From a virus (Duplodnaviria; Caudoviricetes), in the IMG/VR virus record IMGVR_UViG_3300031453_000079, positions 1-32,482 of that record: a DNA stretch of 32,482 nucleotides. One strand, written 5' to 3'. Position numbers and translations under genes: made by a program. Positions 15,999 through 24,419 of the stretch are shown piece after piece. The notes under the pieces are model-generated. The model made no database searches. It was not told the DNA's origin and saw only the letters and a list, made by a program, of their open reading frames with translations. How positions within the stretch are numbered: position 1 is the first letter of the stretch; every line of letters begins with the position of its first letter.

Positions 15999-18146
15999 TC
16001 AGCGGAGCGCCGCCTCCCCGAAATCCTCGTAGGCGGCGCGCATGCCGCGGTATTCCGAGCCGAGCTGGTAGCCGCCGAGCCAGCGCGCCTCCTCGGCCTC
16101 CACGGCAGCCCCGGCCGCCATGGCGGTCTCGAGGTCGCGGGCGCGGCGGTAGCGCTGCTGAGCGGTCTCGACCGTGCGCAGCCGCTGCACGTTGGACGGC
16201 GTGGGCTCGGCGACGTCGTTGGCGGGAGGCGCGGCAGGCGCCACCTGGTCGTCGATGGCGCGGTCCGCCCCGTCGGCCGCCGCTGCTGCCTCGGCGGCCG
16301 CGGCGAGCGCCGGCGTGGTGTGGGGCACCGCGGCGCGCGGGAACTCGACCAGCACGCCGGCATCGATGGCGCCCTGGCGCAGCAGCATGTCGGCGACGTC
16401 GCGGTGCGTGAGGCTCTTCATGGCGGCCTTGATGCCGGCCGTGCCCTGGCGGAGGATCTCGGCATGGGCCTTGCGGGTCGCGGCCACGAAGGCCGCCGGG
16501 TCGATGCCGGCGAGCTCCGGGCACACGGCCTCGCCCAGATACTCTTCCCCGTCGGCGGCGAAGAGCCAGGCGCGGCCCATGTCGGCCGGGTCCATGCGCA
16601 CCAGCACGCGGGTGTCGGGCAGCACGGTCGGCGTGAGGTAGTGGCGGCCGCCGACCCGCACGCCGGTCTTCTGCACCGTGCGGATGCCGTCGCCGCCGGC
16701 GATCGGCGCCAGCAGCACGTCGAGCGCGTGCACGTCGACGGTGCGGATGGTGCCGACATAGCCGGCCGCCGCGGCCTGCGGCGTGACGCCGGAGAGCCCG
16801 TCGTGCGGCCGCGCCGCATAGCGCCCGGCGGCCCAGCCGTCGCAGTGGCCCTGCAGCTCGGCCGGGGTGAGGTCGACGCAGAACACGTTGTCGTCGCTCT
16901 CGCCGAGCCGCTCGGCGAAGGCGCGCCGCTCCTCGATCACCTTGCGGTCGGCGACGGAGTGGCCGATGAAGCCCGGCAGGATCGTCATGCAGTCGTGCTG
17001 CAGCGTCCGGATGGCGCGCTCGATGTGGCCCTTCTCCCAGGGCGAGAAAGCCGTCGAGGTCTCGACTTCGACCCCGAGGCTCGCCATCAGCCGCACGGTG
17101 CGCTTGGCCTTGAAGTCGGAGCCGTTGTCGGTCTTGACCCGCTCCGGCATGCCCCAGGCCAGGATGGCGCGACGCATCAAGAGACCGACGGCCTCGGCGC
17201 GCGCCGTCTTCGCGACGTAGATCATCAGGCGCCGCGAATAGATGTCGATGCAGACATAGACCGAGTAGCGGCCATCTTTCGTGAGGACGTCGGCCGGGCT
17301 GGCGTCGATCATCCACAATTCGTTGAGGCGCGAGACCTGGTGCGAGTTGGTGCCGGCCGTCCGATACTTGTTGCGGAAGGCGTCGGGATTGGTCAGCCGG
17401 GCGAGTTCGACCCGGTAGCGTTCGCGCCAGGTCGCCATGGCGAGCCGCATCGTGCGCTCGGCCGGCACCACCATGGCGGGGAACTGCCCCTTGAGCTGGC
17501 CGAGCAGGTGGCTCGGCGAATAGTGCGGGTTCCTGGCCATGGCGCCGAGGCAGAAGGTGCGGACGTCGTCGCGCTCGAGCAGGCCCTTGCCGCGGCGGCG
17601 GGCGCCGGGGTCGTGCGCCAGGCGGTGCAGGGTGCCGGCCTTGACCAGGGCGCGCCAGCGCGCCACCGAGCGGTGGGCCAGCACCGGCAGCGCCCCACGG
17701 ATCCAGTCGTCGACCGCGACCTTGCCGAGGTTGTAGCGGGCCACGAACAGCCCGTCGGCCGTGGTGGCCGATAGCCCGCCGTCGTGCCTGAACTTGTCGA
17801 TGGCGTTGAGCACCGCCAGCCGCGCGTCGCGGTGTTCGGCGGCCGGCGCGGTCAGCCGCGCCGCCTCGGGTTCGGCCGCCGCCGCGGCGGCGTGGCGGTC
17901 GGAGCCGGCGACCCGTGCGACCTGGTGGGCCACCAGGGCGGCCCGCGCCGCGGCCGGCAGCAGGTCGGCGTGATATTCGGTGCCGCCGCCACGCCGCCGG
18001 CTCTGCCGCACCATCTCGCCGCCCTCGGCGCCGGCCCGGCCGGCCCAGTCCTCGCGGATGGCGAGGTCGAGCACCCCGCGCTTGGTTGTGGGCAACCCGG
18101 GCAGCCGCAGCGCGGCGATGTCGGAGGCGGTGAGCCAGGCCCGCAC
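15999..18146 (-). CDS. MuA-like DDE transposase
   Basis: N-terminal Mu DNA-binding domain (LPGLPTTKRG..GGG.EYH), WMIDASPAD, KTDNGSDF, KGHIER; GGAGG RBS before GTG 18146. Confidence 0.93.
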   Translation of the reverse strand: MRAWLTASDIAALRLPGLPTTKRGVLDLAIREDWAGRAGAEGGEMVRQSRRRGGGTEYHADLLPAAARAALVAHQVARVAGSDRHAAAAAAEPEAARLTAPAAEHRDARLAVLNAIDKFRHDGGLSATTADGLFVARYNLGKVAVDDWIRGALPVLAHRSVARWRALVKAGTLHRLAHDPGARRRGKGLLERDDVRTFCLGAMARNPHYSPSHLLGQLKGQFPAMVVPAERTMRLAMATWRERYRVELARLTNPDAFRNKYRTAGTNSHQVSRLNELWMIDASPADVLTKDGRYSVYVCIDIYSRRLMIYVAKTARAEAVGLLMRRAILAWGMPERVKTDNGSDFKAKRTVRLMASLGVEVETSTAFSPWEKGHIERAIRTLQHDCMTILPGFIGHSVADRKVIEERRAFAERLGESDDNVFCVDLTPAELQGHCDGWAAGRYAARPHDGLSGVTPQAAAAGYVGTIRTVDVHALDVLLAPIAGGDGIRTVQKTGVRVGGRHYLTPTVLPDTRVLVRMDPADMGRAWLFAADGEEYLGEAVCPELAGIDPAAFVAATRKAHAEILRQGTAGIKAAMKSLTHRDVADMLLRQGAIDAGVLVEFPRAAVPHTTPALAAAAEAAAAADGADRAIDDQVAPAAPPANDVAEPTPSNVQRLRTVETAQQRYRRARDLETAMAAGAAVEAEEARWLGGYQLGSEYRGMRAAYEDFGEAALR

Positions 18147-18148
18147 GG

Positions 18149-18361
18149 TCAGCCTCCCAGCCGATGCTTGATGAGGTGCTCGTTGCCGCGCAGCCACAGC
18201 AAGGTGTCGAGCACGGCGCGCAGCCGGTCCATGCAGTAATCGGCCTCGCGTTGCTTGAGCTTGCCGCGGGCGATCAGGCCCGGATAGACGTTCTCCCGCA
18301 GGGCGCTCTCGCGCACGACCTCCGCGATCTGTTCGTTGAGCGACAAGGGGCGGGCCGCCAT
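18149..18361 (-). CDS. Small conserved phage protein
   Basis: LNEQIAEVVRE.ALRENVYP.LI..GKL; coupled to the ParB-like stop. Confidence 0.75.
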   Translation of the reverse strand: MAARPLSLNEQIAEVVRESALRENVYPGLIARGKLKQREADYCMDRLRAVLDTLLWLRGNEHLIKHRLGG

Positions 18362-19317
18362 CAGTGCACGCCCTTGCGGGACTGGCGGCCTTTGGCCGGG
18401 GCCGGCGCGGCCTTGGCGGGGGCGCGGCGGGCCGCCTTGGCGTCGGCCTCGGTCGGCATCGTCAGGAAGGCGGCGTCGATGTCGGCCAGGAAGGAGAGCT
18501 TGACGCCGAGCGTGAGCTTGGCCCAGGCGGTGTGGACCTGCGCCAGATAGACCATCTGCGGGTCGCCCGAGGGGGCGTCCTCGTCGCCGATGGCGACCCT
18601 GGCCGCCTGGATCGTCGGGGCGCCGTCGAGCATGGCCTGCGCAAGGGCGCGCCGCTTGATCGGGTTCATCTCCCGGCCTAGCTTGACGAGATTGCTCTCG
18701 TTGTTGGCGAGGCGAGTGCCTCGGATCAGTTCGATTGTCTCGGGGTCGAGCGCCTTGACGGTCTGGATGGTTAGCTGAACCGAGCGCTCCGAGCGGCCGA
18801 TCTTATCGGCGATCTCGGCCGTGAAGCGGCCTGGGCAAGTCGCAAGATTTTGCGACTTGCCCTTTCCAGCCCCGCTCCGGCGGTCTCCGCCGTGGCTGTT
18901 GCGAAGCCCGAGGCGCTCCTCGACCTCCTTGCGCTCGATGTAGAAGATCCCGAAGTCGAGCTTGTCCAGCTCGCGCCGTTCCAGGTTCTCGGTGATCTCG
19001 GCCAGCCGGGCTTCATCGTCCGTGAAGTGGCGGATGAGGGTCCTGATGTTCGGCCAATCGAGCACCTTGGCGGCCGCGAGCCGGTGGGCGCCGATCACCA
19101 GGCTGTAGTTCACCTGGCCGTCGGCACCCTCGACCGGGCGCACCGTGATGGGCGTGTCCATGCCCTTGTCTTCGAATGACGCAGCCAGCGTCTGAACCCA
19201 GGCGTCGTCCACGGCGCGGATGCGCGGGGGAACATGGATGGCGGCTACGGGGAGGTAGAAGCCGCTGGCATTCGCGGGGAGCGGCGCGGGAGGCACGAAA
19301 TCATCCGGCGCGCTCAT
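18361..19317 (-). CDS. ParB/Srx-like protein with HTH
   Basis: TPITVR, LVIGAHRLAAA, EITENLERRELD, HGGDRRS, HTH. Real start is ATG 19317; the upstream part of the 674-aa ORF is antisense to the capsid gene. Confidence 0.85.
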   Translation of the reverse strand: MSAPDDFVPPAPLPANASGFYLPVAAIHVPPRIRAVDDAWVQTLAASFEDKGMDTPITVRPVEGADGQVNYSLVIGAHRLAAAKVLDWPNIRTLIRHFTDDEARLAEITENLERRELDKLDFGIFYIERKEVEERLGLRNSHGGDRRSGAGKGKSQNLATCPGRFTAEIADKIGRSERSVQLTIQTVKALDPETIELIRGTRLANNESNLVKLGREMNPIKRRALAQAMLDGAPTIQAARVAIGDEDAPSGDPQMVYLAQVHTAWAKLTLGVKLSFLADIDAAFLTMPTEADAKAARRAPAKAAPAPAKGRQSRKGVH

Positions 19318-19344
19318 TGACCAAGCCCCGCGCGGGGGGCAGAA

Positions 19345-20103
19345 ATGCCGGGCCAGGAGATGTCGGGCGCCACGCGCGACTTCGGGCTCGAGGACGGCAT
19401 CCCCTATTCGGACATCAACGCGGCCGCGGCGCTGCGGGCCTCGGGCGTCTCGGCCTATGACCCCGAGGCGCGGTCCACCATGGGGCTGATGGCGCTGGTG
19501 CAGCTCGACCGCGAGGTGCGGGTCGCCCGGCTGATCCAGGACCCCAACAACTACGCGCCGGCGCGCCGCCTGGCGCTCTCCGGCTCCGACCAGTTCTCGG
19601 ACCCGGCGTCCGACCCCATCAAGGTGCTCAAGGCCGCGCAATACGCGACCCTGATCTACCGGCCCAACACCTGGGTCATGGGCCGCGACTGCTGGACCGG
19701 CCTGTCGAGCCACCCGAAGCTCGTCAACGCCATCCGGGGCAACGTCACCGGCTCCGGCATCGTCACGCCCGAGGAGGTGACGGCCCTGTTCTCCGGCGAG
19801 GGCCTGAAGAAGATCCTGATCGGCGAGGGCTTCGTCAACACGGCCCGCCGTGGCCAGGTCGCCACCCTCAACCGCGTCTGGGGCAAGTCGATCGAGATGT
19901 ATTACCTCGACAGCGACCTGCCGGCCGAGCTCGGCGGCGTCACCTTCGGCTGGACGGCGCAGTTCGGCACCCGCATCGCCGGGTCCTGGGACGACCGCAA
20001 CGTCGGCCTCGAGGGCGGCCGCATGGTCCGCACCGGCGAGAAGGTCGAGGAACGGGTCGTGGCGCCGGACGTCGGCTTCATCATCCAGAACGCGGTCGCG
20101 TAG
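19345..20103 (+). pseudogene. Major capsid protein, 5'-truncated
   Basis: DFGLEDGIP.SDI, LDREVRVA, RPNTWVMG, HPKLV, RVWG, TFGWTAQ, APDVGFIIQNAVA. In-frame TGA at 19318 leaves no room for the usual N-terminus; no clear RBS. Confidence 0.75.
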
Positions 20104-20131
20104 GACGCCGTCGCGTCGAGAGGGGAACCAC

Positions 20132-20745
20132 ATGGCATCGCGCACCACCGACAAGGCCGCCGGTCCCGCCACCGGCGGCGACAAAGCGGCCTCCGCAAAG
20201 ACCGCTATCGAGACCGAGGAGGTGCGCAGCGAGGCCGGTGTGACCGTGCACGTCGAGGGGCTTGGCGCCGCCGCAGTGGCGCTGGGCGAGGCCCTGGCGG
20301 CCGACGCCGGCCCCGTTGTCGCCGGCCCCGGCGTCGGCGCCGCCCAGATCGCCCAGGCGGTCGACGGCCCCGCGATCCGCACCACGCGGGTCGACGTCGA
20401 CGCCGTCCGGCACGAGGGCGGGCACCTCGGCCATGACGGCCATGACGGCCTCGCGGCCTATCACGCCAGCCTGCAGGCCGCCGGCCAGGCCGCCCGCACG
20501 ACCGCTGTGGCGACGCGCTCGGGGCGCGACGACATCCTGCCGCTCGGCCGGCCGAGCCTCGACCCCGACACGGTGCCGGGCCGGCGCATGGCGACGGCGG
20601 CCGCGCAGGTCCGCCGCGACGGCCGCAGCTACGCGCCCGGGGAAACCTTCCCGATCGACTTCCGGGCGCACAGAGCGAGCTCGTGCCGATCGGCGCCATC
20701 CTGGCCACGCCCTGGGACGACCTGCCCCACCACAAAGGCAAGTGA
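20132..20745 (+). pseudogene. Capsid-downstream (gp35-position) gene with a frameshift near 20672
   Basis: RBS gagggg and ATG 20132. The domain VRRDGRSYAPGETF continues as ELVPIGAIL...KGK* in another frame; span is 614 nt (3n+2). Confidence 0.6.
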
Positions 20746-20747
20746 AC

Positions 20748-20800
20748 GGAGCGCGGGCATCCTGCCCGCCATCCGACTGCGGGCAGGATGCCCGCGCTCC
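20748..20800. repeat. Perfect 22-bp inverted repeat, REP-like
   Basis: ggagcgcgggcatcctgcccgc-N9-gcgggcaggatgcccgcgctcc. Confidence 0.85.
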
Positions 20801-20804
20801 AATC

Positions 20805-21120
20805 GAGATGCCCCGCCGATGATGAAGGGGCCTTTGCCCGGGCTGCGGTGTCGACCCGCGCGTATCGGTCCGAGCCATCCGGGAGGGGCTGCAGCCCTCC
20901 CGGCGTGAATACCCCAGTGCGGGGAGGGAGAGCCGCGAGGTGGTGAAGGCGCTACGGCGACGATGCACCCCGAAGCCCGCCGAGGTGCCTGCCGACGGTT
21001 CGGCAGGACCAACACACGAGGCGAACAGCGGTGGTCGAGGCGGTGCGGGTCTTCGGACCCGCGCCGTCACGGCCCCGGCGGGAGGCCCGGCTCCAACCGC
21101 GCCTCCCGCTTGATCTCAGC
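20805..21120 (+). ncRNA. Candidate structured RNA or leader
   Basis: No convincing ORF. Hairpins at 20879-20903, 20984-21010, 21039-21068 (cUUCGg loop) and 21078-21109. Confidence 0.45.
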
Positions 21121-21135
21121 AGCTTGGAGCCAACC

Positions 21136-21396
21136 GTGTCCGACGTCGCCACCCGCGTCAAAAACGTCATCGCCGAGGAGCTCGGCGCCGAGGTGGCGTT
21201 GCTGTCGCCGGCGACGCGGCTCCGCGAGGACCTCGGCCTGTCCGACGGCGACCTGAGCTACCTGCTGGCCGAGGTGGAGAGCGAGTTCGACATCGTGCTC
21301 GACGCCGACGACGGGGCCGAGGCGTCGACCGTCGGCCGCATGATCCGCCTCGTCGAGAAGCATGCCGCGAGCTTCGATCGGCGGAGGCGCCGCTAA
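21136..21396 (+). CDS. Acyl-carrier-protein-like protein lacking the canonical DSL motif
   Basis: GGAG RBS and GTG start. SDVATRVKNVIAEELG...DLGLSDGD...ESEFDI......STV aligns without gaps to the AcpP pattern. Confidence 0.8.
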   Translation: MSDVATRVKNVIAEELGAEVALLSPATRLREDLGLSDGDLSYLLAEVESEFDIVLDADDGAEASTVGRMIRLVEKHAASFDRRRRR

Positions 21397-21878
21397 TGGC
21401 CGTCACGCTGGCGCCCTACGCCACCCTCGACGACATCGCGACCCGCTATCCGCGCGAGCTCACCGTGCTGGCAGCCGACGAGACCACCGGTGTGCGCGAC
21501 GACGCGCGGATCAACGCGGTGATCCCCGACGTAACGGCCGAGATCCGCTCCATCCTGGTGCAGCGCTACCGCCGCGACGAGCTGGCCCGCCTCGACGCCG
21601 ACAGCCTCACGCTGATGCGCTCCTACGCCATCGCGATGACGCTCTACAAAGTGGCGCTGTCGTTCACGCGCTCGAGCGAGCGGGTGCAGGACCGCTACGA
21701 CAACGCCGTGGCGGCGCTGCGCGCCATCGCCAAGGGTTCCGGCGCGCTCACCTTCGACCCCGATCCCGACGCCGCTCAGAGCTCGGTCGATCCGGCCGTG
21801 GCGGTGGTCGACAACACCGCGGTGATCTTCGAGAGCAACGAGCGCCTGTTCACCCGCACCCGCACCCAGGGGCTGTGA
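21396..21878 (+). CDS. Mu gp36 / DUF1320 head-tail adaptor
   Basis: YATLDDI..RY, EI.S.L..RY, RYDNA...L..IAKG, R.FTR. Confidence 0.88.
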   Translation: MAVTLAPYATLDDIATRYPRELTVLAADETTGVRDDARINAVIPDVTAEIRSILVQRYRRDELARLDADSLTLMRSYAIAMTLYKVALSFTRSSERVQDRYDNAVAALRAIAKGSGALTFDPDPDAAQSSVDPAVAVVDNTAVIFESNERLFTRTRTQGL

Positions 21879-22366
21879 TGGAAATCGGCGTCTCGATCGC
21901 GCTCGACCAAAGGGCCTTTCAAGGGGCCTTGAACCGCCTTTCCGCGCTGGTGGATTTCAGCGGCGCGGCGCTGCTCGAGGAGATCGCGGCGCTGGGCGAA
22001 AGCCAGACGCGGCGTCGCATCACCGACGAGAAGACGGCCCCCGACGGCACGCCGTGGAAACCCAACCTCGCCGGTACCTCGATCCTGCTGCAGAGCGGGC
22101 AGAACCTGCTGGCCTCGGTGGCGTCGTCGTCGGACGACGAAGAGGCGGTGTGGGGGGCAGCCTGGGAATTCGCCCACATCCACCAGGACGGCGCCGTCAT
22201 CACGGCGAAGACCGCCGCGGCGCTGCAGTTCCGGGTCGGCGACCGCAGCGTCCACGCCAAGAGCGTGACGATCCCGGCCCGGCCCTTCGTCGGCCTCTCG
22301 GCCGAGAACCGCGCCGAGCTCGACGAGCTCATCACCGATCACTTCGAGCGGCTGGGGCGGCCATGA
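21878..22366 (+). CDS. Virion morphogenesis protein (Mu gpG/gp31, P2 S-like)
   Basis: EKTAPDGTPW, A.IHQ.G, V.IPARPFVGLS. Confidence 0.88.
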   Translation: MEIGVSIALDQRAFQGALNRLSALVDFSGAALLEEIAALGESQTRRRITDEKTAPDGTPWKPNLAGTSILLQSGQNLLASVASSSDDEEAVWGAAWEFAHIHQDGAVITAKTAAALQFRVGDRSVHAKSVTIPARPFVGLSAENRAELDELITDHFERLGRP

Positions 22367-23043
22367 TCGTGCCCGTCACCTTGGCCGGCATGGTCGCGGC
22401 CACCCGCATCGACGCCACGCGCCAGGCCATCGTGGCAAGCCTTACAGGCTTGCTCAAGGGCGTCGCCGTGGTGGGCCATCCGGGCAAGCTCGACATCAAC
22501 GATGTCGTCGCCAAGGCCGTGGTGGCGGCGCCCGGCATCGCGGTCGGCTACAGCCGCGTGCGCGAACTCGGCGACGCCGGCGGCACCTTCGCGCTCGCCG
22601 TCGACTGGGTCGCCTATCTCGTGGTCGAGGACCGGGTCGATGCCGGCCAGGCGCCGCCCCGCGTGGTGCCCCGCGAGATCGTCGGCCACGCCATCGGCCA
22701 GCAGATCCTGCGCATCCTGCGCGACCCCAACGGCGGCACCTGGGGCCTGCCCGCCATTGACGTGCCGGCCATGGACCCGGCGCCCGAGCTGAAGCCGGTG
22801 TTCACGCTGAAGACAGACCAGAACATGACGGCCATCTACGCCGTCACCTGGACCCAGAGCCTGGTGCAGGAGGGCCAGCCCTTCTTCGGCTTCGGCCCGA
22901 CGCCGCCGGCCTCGCCGTCCGACGGCTTCCCCGACGGCGACATCTTCGGCGTGGCGGGCCTCGACTTCGAACTCGCCGACGGCGAGCAGCCGCCCGAGAT
23001 CACCGCCCACACGGCCCGCGACACCGGCGAGGGCGAGGAATGA
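22363..23043 (+). CDS. Putative tail terminator (gp37 position)
   Basis: HPGKLDI, AP.I.VG, WGL, AIYAVTWTQ; synteny. Confidence 0.65.
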   Translation: MIVPVTLAGMVAATRIDATRQAIVASLTGLLKGVAVVGHPGKLDINDVVAKAVVAAPGIAVGYSRVRELGDAGGTFALAVDWVAYLVVEDRVDAGQAPPRVVPREIVGHAIGQQILRILRDPNGGTWGLPAIDVPAMDPAPELKPVFTLKTDQNMTAIYAVTWTQSLVQEGQPFFGFGPTPPASPSDGFPDGDIFGVAGLDFELADGEQPPEITAHTARDTGEGEE

Positions 23044-23615
23044 GGAGCATGGCGGCCTTCGAGATCCGGCGCCTGCATCGGAAGATCGCGCAGCTCGACA
23101 GGCGCGTCGGGCTCGTCGACCTCGGCGGCAAGGTGAAGCCGGGCTCGCAAGACATGAAGCAGCGCACCGTGGTGCTGGTGCTGGGCCAGACCGTCGACGG
23201 CAAGGACATCCTGTCGCCGCCGGTGCGCTGGCAGGGCACCGGCGCCGGCGCGCTGAAGATGCACGCCGTGCCGGCCGACAGCGAGCAGATGACGCTGCAC
23301 AGCCCCTCGGGGACGATCGGCACCGGCTCCATGGCCCATTGGGGCACCTTCGACAAGGACAACCCGCCGCCGAGCCAGTCCAAGGACGAAGCCGTGCTGC
23401 AGTTCGGCGGCAAGGCCCAGATCACCTTCGGCAAGGACTTCCTGAAACTCGCCTATGCCGAAGATCAGGACATCACGATCAAGGACAAGACCATCGTGCT
23501 GCGCGTCCCCGACAGCGGCGGCATGGTCGACGTCGGTGACCCCGACAAGGGCGGATTGATCCCCGTGAAGCTCGTCACGGGTCAGGCCAAGAACCTGCAA
23601 GCCAAGATGGGATGA
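23040..23615 (+). CDS. Baseplate assembly protein V / spike-like
   Basis: GKV, LSPPVRW...GAG, P...EQM.L.SPSG, NPPPS, then beta-rich repeats. Confidence 0.8.
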   Translation: MRSMAAFEIRRLHRKIAQLDRRVGLVDLGGKVKPGSQDMKQRTVVLVLGQTVDGKDILSPPVRWQGTGAGALKMHAVPADSEQMTLHSPSGTIGTGSMAHWGTFDKDNPPPSQSKDEAVLQFGGKAQITFGKDFLKLAYAEDQDITIKDKTIVLRVPDSGGMVDVGDPDKGGLIPVKLVTGQAKNLQAKMG

Positions 23616-23626
23616 GGAGAATGACC

Positions 23627-23990
23627 GTGGCCAAGACCCGAACCTACTACGTGAGCAAGCTGGCAGGCCCCAAGGTCGCGGGGGTGCGCGTCGGCCGTGG
23701 CGAGGCGCTCGAGCTGACCGAGCACCAGGCGCGCGGCGAGCTGTCCTCGGGTGCGCTGGTGACCGACGAGGCGCTGGTCGACGATCCGTGGGGCGAGGCC
23801 GAGCGCGCCGCGGCCGAGAAAGTCGCGGCCGACGCCAAGGCCAGGGCCGACCAGGCTGCGGCCGACGCCAAGGCGGCCAGCGACAAGGCGACTGCCGACA
23901 AGGCATCTGCGGACGCCAAGTCCGCCGCGGATGCCAAGACCGCGGCCGATGCCTTGTCCGCCGCGGATGCCAAGGCCAACCCGCCTAAGG
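23627..23990 (+). pseudogene. Ala/Lys/Asp-rich hypothetical protein; 3' end apparently lost, frame reads through to 24310
   Basis: GAGGAG RBS; YYVS..AG.KVAG.RV..G..LELTE.QA..EL..G; AADAK repeats; sequence loses protein-like character after about 23990. Confidence 0.55.
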
Positions 23991-24045
23991 CCTCGTCCCC
24001 GCCGACGTCGACGCCATGTTCGTCGCGGCGAGCCAGATCCTGTGA
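23989..24045 (+). pseudogene. Orphan 3' end of a tail-fibre-associated gene (GLVPADVDAMFVAASQIL*)
   Basis: Preceded by an in-frame TAA; its TGA overlaps the next GTG; resembles the GLT.EQ.D.LF..A C-termini seen after tail-fibre genes. Confidence 0.45.
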
Positions 24046-24302
24046 CCACGGCGCCGGCCCCGAAGCTCGCGGTCGCGGTGGTGCAGCCGGTGCCGTTCGG
24101 CCTCCCGCCCGGCGGCTACGTCCTGGCGGTGCTGATCGGCCTCGACATTTTCGTCAATGCCTGCCTGGGCGGTCGCGCCTATCAGACCGTCAGCTCGCGC
24201 CTCGGCGAGAACATGCGTTGCGGCGGCTGGGCCTCGCGGCTGCCGTGGCCGGCCCCGTGGGCCAGGCACTGCCTGGGCGCCGTCTACACGACGGAGATCT
24301 GA
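24042..24302 (+). CDS. Small conserved phage protein
   Basis: VLIGLDIFVNACLGG...QTVSSRLG...HC motif. Confidence 0.7.
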   Translation: MTTAPAPKLAVAVVQPVPFGLPPGGYVLAVLIGLDIFVNACLGGRAYQTVSSRLGENMRCGGWASRLPWPAPWARHCLGAVYTTEI

Positions 24303-24393
24303 CGCCGTGACGGTCACGCCTCCCGCCGTGACGGTCGCGCCTCGCGGCATGACACATGTCACCCCCGACCCATCCCGCGCGCGCCCGTAGGGT
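24303..24393 (+). promoter_or_regulatory. Putative late promoter of the tail operon with a 21-bp tandem duplication upstream
   Basis: Two cgccgtgacggtcRcgcctc units, then TGACACATGTCACCCCCGA, a 19-nt spacer and TAGGGT. Confidence 0.65.
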
Positions 24394-24419
24394 GGCGCAA
24401 TGTCCCTGAGGATCTTCCC

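Noticed and set aside
15129-18146. Tn7-like or CRISPR-associated transposon (TnsB/TnsC)
   Set aside because: No TniQ/TnsD, TnsA or Cas genes; the context is clearly Mu-like phage.
19320-19375. A Mu end or invertase site at the strand switch
   Set aside because: No repeated MuA-binding motifs or gix-like site visible, and no invertase gene in the window.
18361-20385. 674-aa ORF read as one large ParB fusion
   Set aside because: The first ~356 aa are the antisense shadow of the capsid and next gene; ParB similarity begins at ATG 19317.
20805-21120. tRNA or tmRNA in the intergenic gap
   Set aside because: No cloverleaf with a T-loop GTTCRA and acceptor stem could be identified.
23810-23980. 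AADAK repeats as a TolA-like gene or DNA repeat array
   Set aside because: Degenerate low-complexity coding sequence with no membrane anchor.
24303-24345. Direct repeats as a CRISPR mini-array
   Set aside because: Only two adjacent 21-bp units, no spacers and no cas genes.
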